Below, in pieces: positions 58,853 through 64,000 of a stretch of 64,000 nt of DNA; the first letter of the stretch is position 1; the number at the start of each line of letters is the position of its first letter. The position numbers and the translations under genes are program-made. Location of the stretch: the NCBI RefSeq assembly GCF_009914755.1, contig NC_060936.1. One strand, given 5' to 3'. The notes under the pieces were generated by a model. That model saw only the letters and a list, made by a program, of their open reading frames with translations. It searched no databases and had not been told where the DNA came from. The DNA comes from the human T2T-CHM13v2.0 reference genome, Homo sapiens.

Positions 58853-59369
58853 CAGATTAAAGGCCTGCCCTCTCATCCGGTAATTATTATACTCCCTTTT
58901 CTCAATTAAGCATCTTCATCCATGGATTGTTCATTTTATGGGTAGATATGACTCCTTAGAGTAAGGACCATGGCCTGTGAGCCAACTCCAAGCAGCTGCC
59001 TGTTTTTCTTATGTCCAGCAGTCAGGGATTGAGTGGGCAAGCACTGTGGGCTGCAGACACCAAGCTCCACCATGATTCCCCCTCCACTCTCAGAGGCTCC
59101 ATCCAGCTGGCAGGCTCACAGCACTGCAGCCCAGCATCTGAAGTGGTGAGTATCATGGAAATAGCAGATGGGGTGGAGAAAGCAGGAGTTTCCTTTCTTG
59201 TACTTATGTTATATTCTCAGTTTTGCCTCTTCCTCCACAAAGTCTAAAATATGCACTATCTGGTCTTTTATGGGAAAGTGTTTCTGCACCTCTGTCCTGC
59301 GGAGACAATTCCCACCTTTGGAAATTGGAAACTCTTACCTTTATTTTGTTGACCAGTTTCCCACCTTGA

Positions 59370-59742
<373 letters not shown>

Positions 59743-62431
59743 CCCTAGTCCGCTTTTACTGACAAATCAAATGAATACTTTCAGTCCTGTTTGGGCACGG
59801 GTGGTAACTGCCTGACTGAAACTAGACTTCCATTAATCCAGGCTCTCTGGGACAAAAAAAAATCATATAATTGATGCAATTAATTTTAATTTCATCACAC
59901 GCACATACAGACATCTCATTACCAGAATAAATAATATTCATTCAAAGCATTCAGGAGTAGAAAAGGAGCAACACCCACAGCAAAATATACATGGTTTAAT
60001 TTAAATTTACATAAAGACTAATTAGTTTCTCACATTTCTTAATGGTTGGAACAAAAAGAGGGAAGAAGGGGCAAAAATTAATTTCTTCAGTTAATGTGCG
60101 AATAGTTGGTGTTTCATTTCAGAATGACTTGTACAAATTTGGGGGATGGCGAGAAATGGTAACATTTAAAAAATTGAGAAGGGAACCTTATCTTCATCCA
60201 CACATTTGGAAATGCAAACTCCAGTTACTATTCTCATAATTATCACCAATATTTAGTGTTTATCAGATCCCAGTGATGGGACAGGCAAAAGAAAGAAGTT
60301 GCTCTTAGAATAGTAACTACCATGAAGTTTGGTATTTTGTTGAGCCAAGTGAGTCTGAAGATATATATACCTAGTTTCCCACTAGAAACTATATGTATAT
60401 ATATATATATATTTTCCAACCTGCAACAGGAAGGCTGAGTTGAAGGGCCTTTTGCAAATCAGATCAGGATAGAATCAACCCCAGTGTATGGTTGTTAGTT
60501 CGTTTTTCTCCCTCTCTCCTTTCTGTCCTTGTTTTCTTTTCTTTTTTCTTTTAAAACAATTGAAAACACAGGTAGCCATGGGTTTGGTTGATCCTACTCC
60601 TTAGTTTATGGTCCTATCACGATTGTTGCTGCCAGGCCCTCTCATTTTTTCCCCTCTCTCATCTACCATTACCCCTTCCTTGTGGAGGTGCCCATGTGCT
60701 TGACGTATGCTCTTGTGTGGTATCTTTGAATCTCTGCATGGTGTATAATTACAGGTTGTGTATGCATGTGTTTTAAATTCACAAATATTTCACTGCAGTC
60801 TAGATCTATATTCCCCTTAGTATTATATTTTGAAGATCCTCTGTGCTTTTCTTGGCAGCTCTGGTTTATTGCTCCTGTGGTTTCCATGAATGAGCTTCTG
60901 TTTCCTGCTCCTCTCTCTTTCCACCCACCCTCCCAGAGTGGTCCATGTCCCAGTAGCAGCTCATTCCACTTTGTTAGTATGAGTTGTTGCCTTGAAGGGT
61001 GGCTTCAGTGCATAGAGAAGACTATCTGTGGCTCCTTGCCTTTTAAATTACTAATCAAAATATTCAAGTAAATAAAATGCCAAACTTAAGATTTTCCAAA
61101 AGTCATTATGTTCAACTTACAAGTCTTACTATTTTATTTGCAAATCTATTTGAACATTTATAAGATAATTTTGAAAGCTTTAACTAAATTTCTTTAAATA
61201 TTTTAAACTGTATTTGTAAATTGAATATATCCACTATCTTGTTAAGCAATTCATATGCTATTTAATAAGCAAAACTATCTTAAGTATTTAAACAAGCCCA
61301 GAAATATAATAAATAAATGTTATTTTTACATTCTATTATTGTTTTTATATTTAGATTAATTTCTTAAACTTTTCAACTTAAAGACAAAAGTCAAAAATTG
61401 ATTTCTAAATTGCCTTTTTACTGGAAAAGAAAGATGAATCTGTAACCTAATAACATAAATTGTCTTAACAATTACAAATTTTTTAAGTACAAAAAAATTC
61501 CCCAATTACTCCTTACCTTAGCAAATAAATAAAATATACAGATTTGATATAATTCATCATCGGTTTTGTTGATTCTAAATTTTCCTGAGCTTAAAGAGAT
61601 ATTAAGGAAATCACTTTAATATTTCCAGAAAATTGGAATTACTATCCTAGGCAAACTGGAATTTATTCTTCAAAATTGTTGAAGTTATCTCCTCAGTGGG
61701 ATTCAATTAGCTAAAGATGAGAGATTTTCAGCTGGGAGCAGCTCTGGAGCAGCAGATACACTGGGTAATTTTTCTCACTCCATGGGCTGCCTTGTTTGGC
61801 CTTTTCAAGTGTCTTATTTGCCCACGTTTCAAAGCGCAATGACCTTACAGCCCAACACCTTGGATTCCAGTCCCACGTTGCCCAGTTCTGATTGGAGTCA
61901 GACTTCCTGCTCAGTTGCTTTAGCCCTTGGTGAGACTGACGTATCAGCTACTGATTTTGTTCTGCACATTTTCCATATTCTTCCTTCCTGGCAGGGCCAC
62001 TTCCAGACATTATGAGATACACACACATTGACATTCTGCACACTTCATGTGTTTCTGTCTGGCTCTTTCATTTTAGGGACTAATACCGTCAAGGACACAC
62101 ACCTTCCAGTATTCCTGCCTCAACGCTCAATCAATTGAATTGGCTCTGCTGAGGTCACCCTACTCCACTTTTACTGACAGATCAAATAAATATTTTCAGT
62201 CCTGTTTGGGCACTGTTGATAATTGCCTGATAGAAACTGGACTTCTATTAATCCAGGCTCTCTGGGACAAAAAAATCATACAATCGATGCAATTAATTTT
62301 TATTTCATTGCACGCACATACAGCCATATCATTACCAGAATAAAAACCAGTCATTCAGTGCACTCAGGAGTAGAAAAGGAGAAACACTGACAACAAAATT
62401 TACGTGGTTTTGTTTAAATTACATAAAGACT
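59743..62431 (+). repeat. ~280-bp dispersed direct duplication (59743-60019 and 62118-62391)
   Basis: cttttactgaca...ttcagtcctgtttgggcac...attaatccaggctctctgggacaaaaaaa...tacataaagact in both copies. Confidence 0.92.
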
Positions 62432-62707
62432 GAGAAAAAACTTTTAGGCCTTTGAACATTCAGTACCAAATTCAGTTCCACATTCTTTAAATTTCCTTAG
62501 AGAAATTAAATGACATTTTAAAATGGCTGTTCTTGTCTTATTACTTAATAAATCCTAAATAATAGAACACATAAAATGTCAATTATTATAAAACATTACT
62601 ATAGTTCAATTCCAACATATTCTAAAGCATCATACAATTGATACCATTAATTTTGTCACACATACATATGTCCATGTGATTAACAGAATAAGTAAAATTC
62701 TCTCGCC

Positions 62708-62714
<7 letters not shown>

Positions 62715-62741
<27 letters not shown>
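62715..62741. repeat. (CA)n microsatellite
   Basis: Seen directly. Confidence 0.9.
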
Positions 62742-62743
<2 letters not shown>

Positions 62744-63724
62744 GAGAGAGACACACACAAATGCCACACACTTATTCCAGTAAAAAGATCTTATTATCTC
62801 CCTTTTGAATCCTTTTTTTCTTTGAATATAATTAACTCACCTCCTTTCATTAACTCAACTTATTTCAATAATCCATTGCTGTGAGTTTTGTTTTTAAAGC
62901 TTTGAACAACTGGCCTTATAAAAGCCTTTTATTAAATTTCTCTGCCCCTTTAGCATTCCTTTTGATATTTAAAATGTATTCTTGCTTTCCAGCAACATCA
63001 GCAAGTTGCTGCCACCTTCTGAATTTATTTTTGCCCCAAGACTTGGAACCAGCCAGTTTCCAATGAGTCCTGGATTCTTCCAGCTGAGTTAGTTTTAGAG
63101 ACCAGGATCTCGGGATCCTGGTTGTCCAATGGGTTGTTATTATTCTTTGGCAATGTTTAGATATTGATTTTGGTTAAAGGTTGACCTTGATAATTCAGAT
63201 TTAAGGTAGTAGATTTATACCCAACTCTTCTTTATTTCTTGTGGTTTTCTCAGCCACCAGGCATCTCTCTGACTTCAGTTGCCATCCTCTTACTCCTGCA
63301 TGGTTCCCTGGCCTCTGCCTGCCCTCTGCATGAGCCTGTTTCCTGAGGGCTGGTTTGTTTTTTGGTTGATTAGTTGGTTGGCTGTTTTTTTTCTCAGCCA
63401 ACTGGTCTTTTCAATCCACACACTCTCCTTTGATATCTCACCCATTTTTATAATTTTTTGTTTGTTTGTTCCAGGTACTGTCCCTAGGCTGATGACTGTC
63501 ACATTTTTAGTGGGGCCAAAACTTTCCTCCAAGATTCAGATGTGTGTCACCAACTAGAGAGCAGGCTTGGAATTTAAAAATAAAGTTTTCAGTAAGTTGA
63601 GATGTTTTGCTTCGCATAGACAAATTATCACTTTGACAGAAATATTTTGCTTACTCAAACCTTTGTATTGCTAGAAAAAGAGATTTTTAAAAAATCCCAG
63701 TAAAGTCAAGAAGAAAGAAAAAAA

Positions 63725-63780
63725 GGAAGGAAGGAGGGAAGGAAGGAAGGAAGGAAGGAAGGAAGGAAAGAAGGAAAGAA
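63725..63780 (+). repeat. (GGAA)n microsatellite
   Basis: 8 consecutive GGAA at 63737-63768 plus imperfect flanking units. Confidence 0.95.
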
Positions 63781-64000
63781 GCGTTTAGTAGGATGACCCG
63801 CTAAAACACCATTTCAATGCCCTTTCCAATGAGAAAAGTTGATGCTGAAATTGTAATATTTGGTTACAGAGGAAGCCACAGATCCAAATTCAAACTTAAT
63901 GATAAAGTGTTTTTTGGGCAAACTACTTAAACTCTCTAATCTTCAGTTTTCTTTCCTATAAAGTGATGATGCTAACATATGTGAAGTTATAAAACAAATA

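Noticed and set aside
63101-63122. 9-bp inverted repeat accaggatc/gatcctggt, and the 12-bp palindrome at 24922-24933
   Set aside because: A few such short palindromes are plausible by chance in 64 kb and there is no supporting context.

Overview
Primate genomic DNA, human or great ape judging by AluY/AluS/AluJ, L1PA2-type 3' UTR, THE1 and HERV-L content. The window is gene-poor and repeat-dense, either intergenic or deep intronic. I cannot support any intact protein-coding exon, CpG island, tRNA, rRNA or snRNA. The ORF track is explained by broken L1 ORF2, HERV-L pol/integrase/dUTPase, Alu, LTR and microsatellite frames. The window is mostly layered transposon fossils: about 10 Alus, several L1s (two with twin-priming 5' inversions), MaLR/ERV LTRs, an LTR-less HERV-L internal fragment, Tigger3a, MER53, MER58 and MIR/L2. 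I found no new biological system. The best unexplained structures are: (i) a 125-bp composite insert at 26.3 kb built from inverted and direct pieces of sequence about 2 kb downstream; (ii) further short non-tandem local duplications at 4.8/5.2, 56.7/58.6 and 59.7/62.1 kb; (iii) a cryptic pogo/Tc2-like DDE transposase fossil at 29.1-29.7 kb; (iv) a strong CTCF motif in an LTR and a SOX/TEAD motif cluster. Repeat subfamily names come from recalled consensus sequences and need RepeatMasker/Dfam confirmation.
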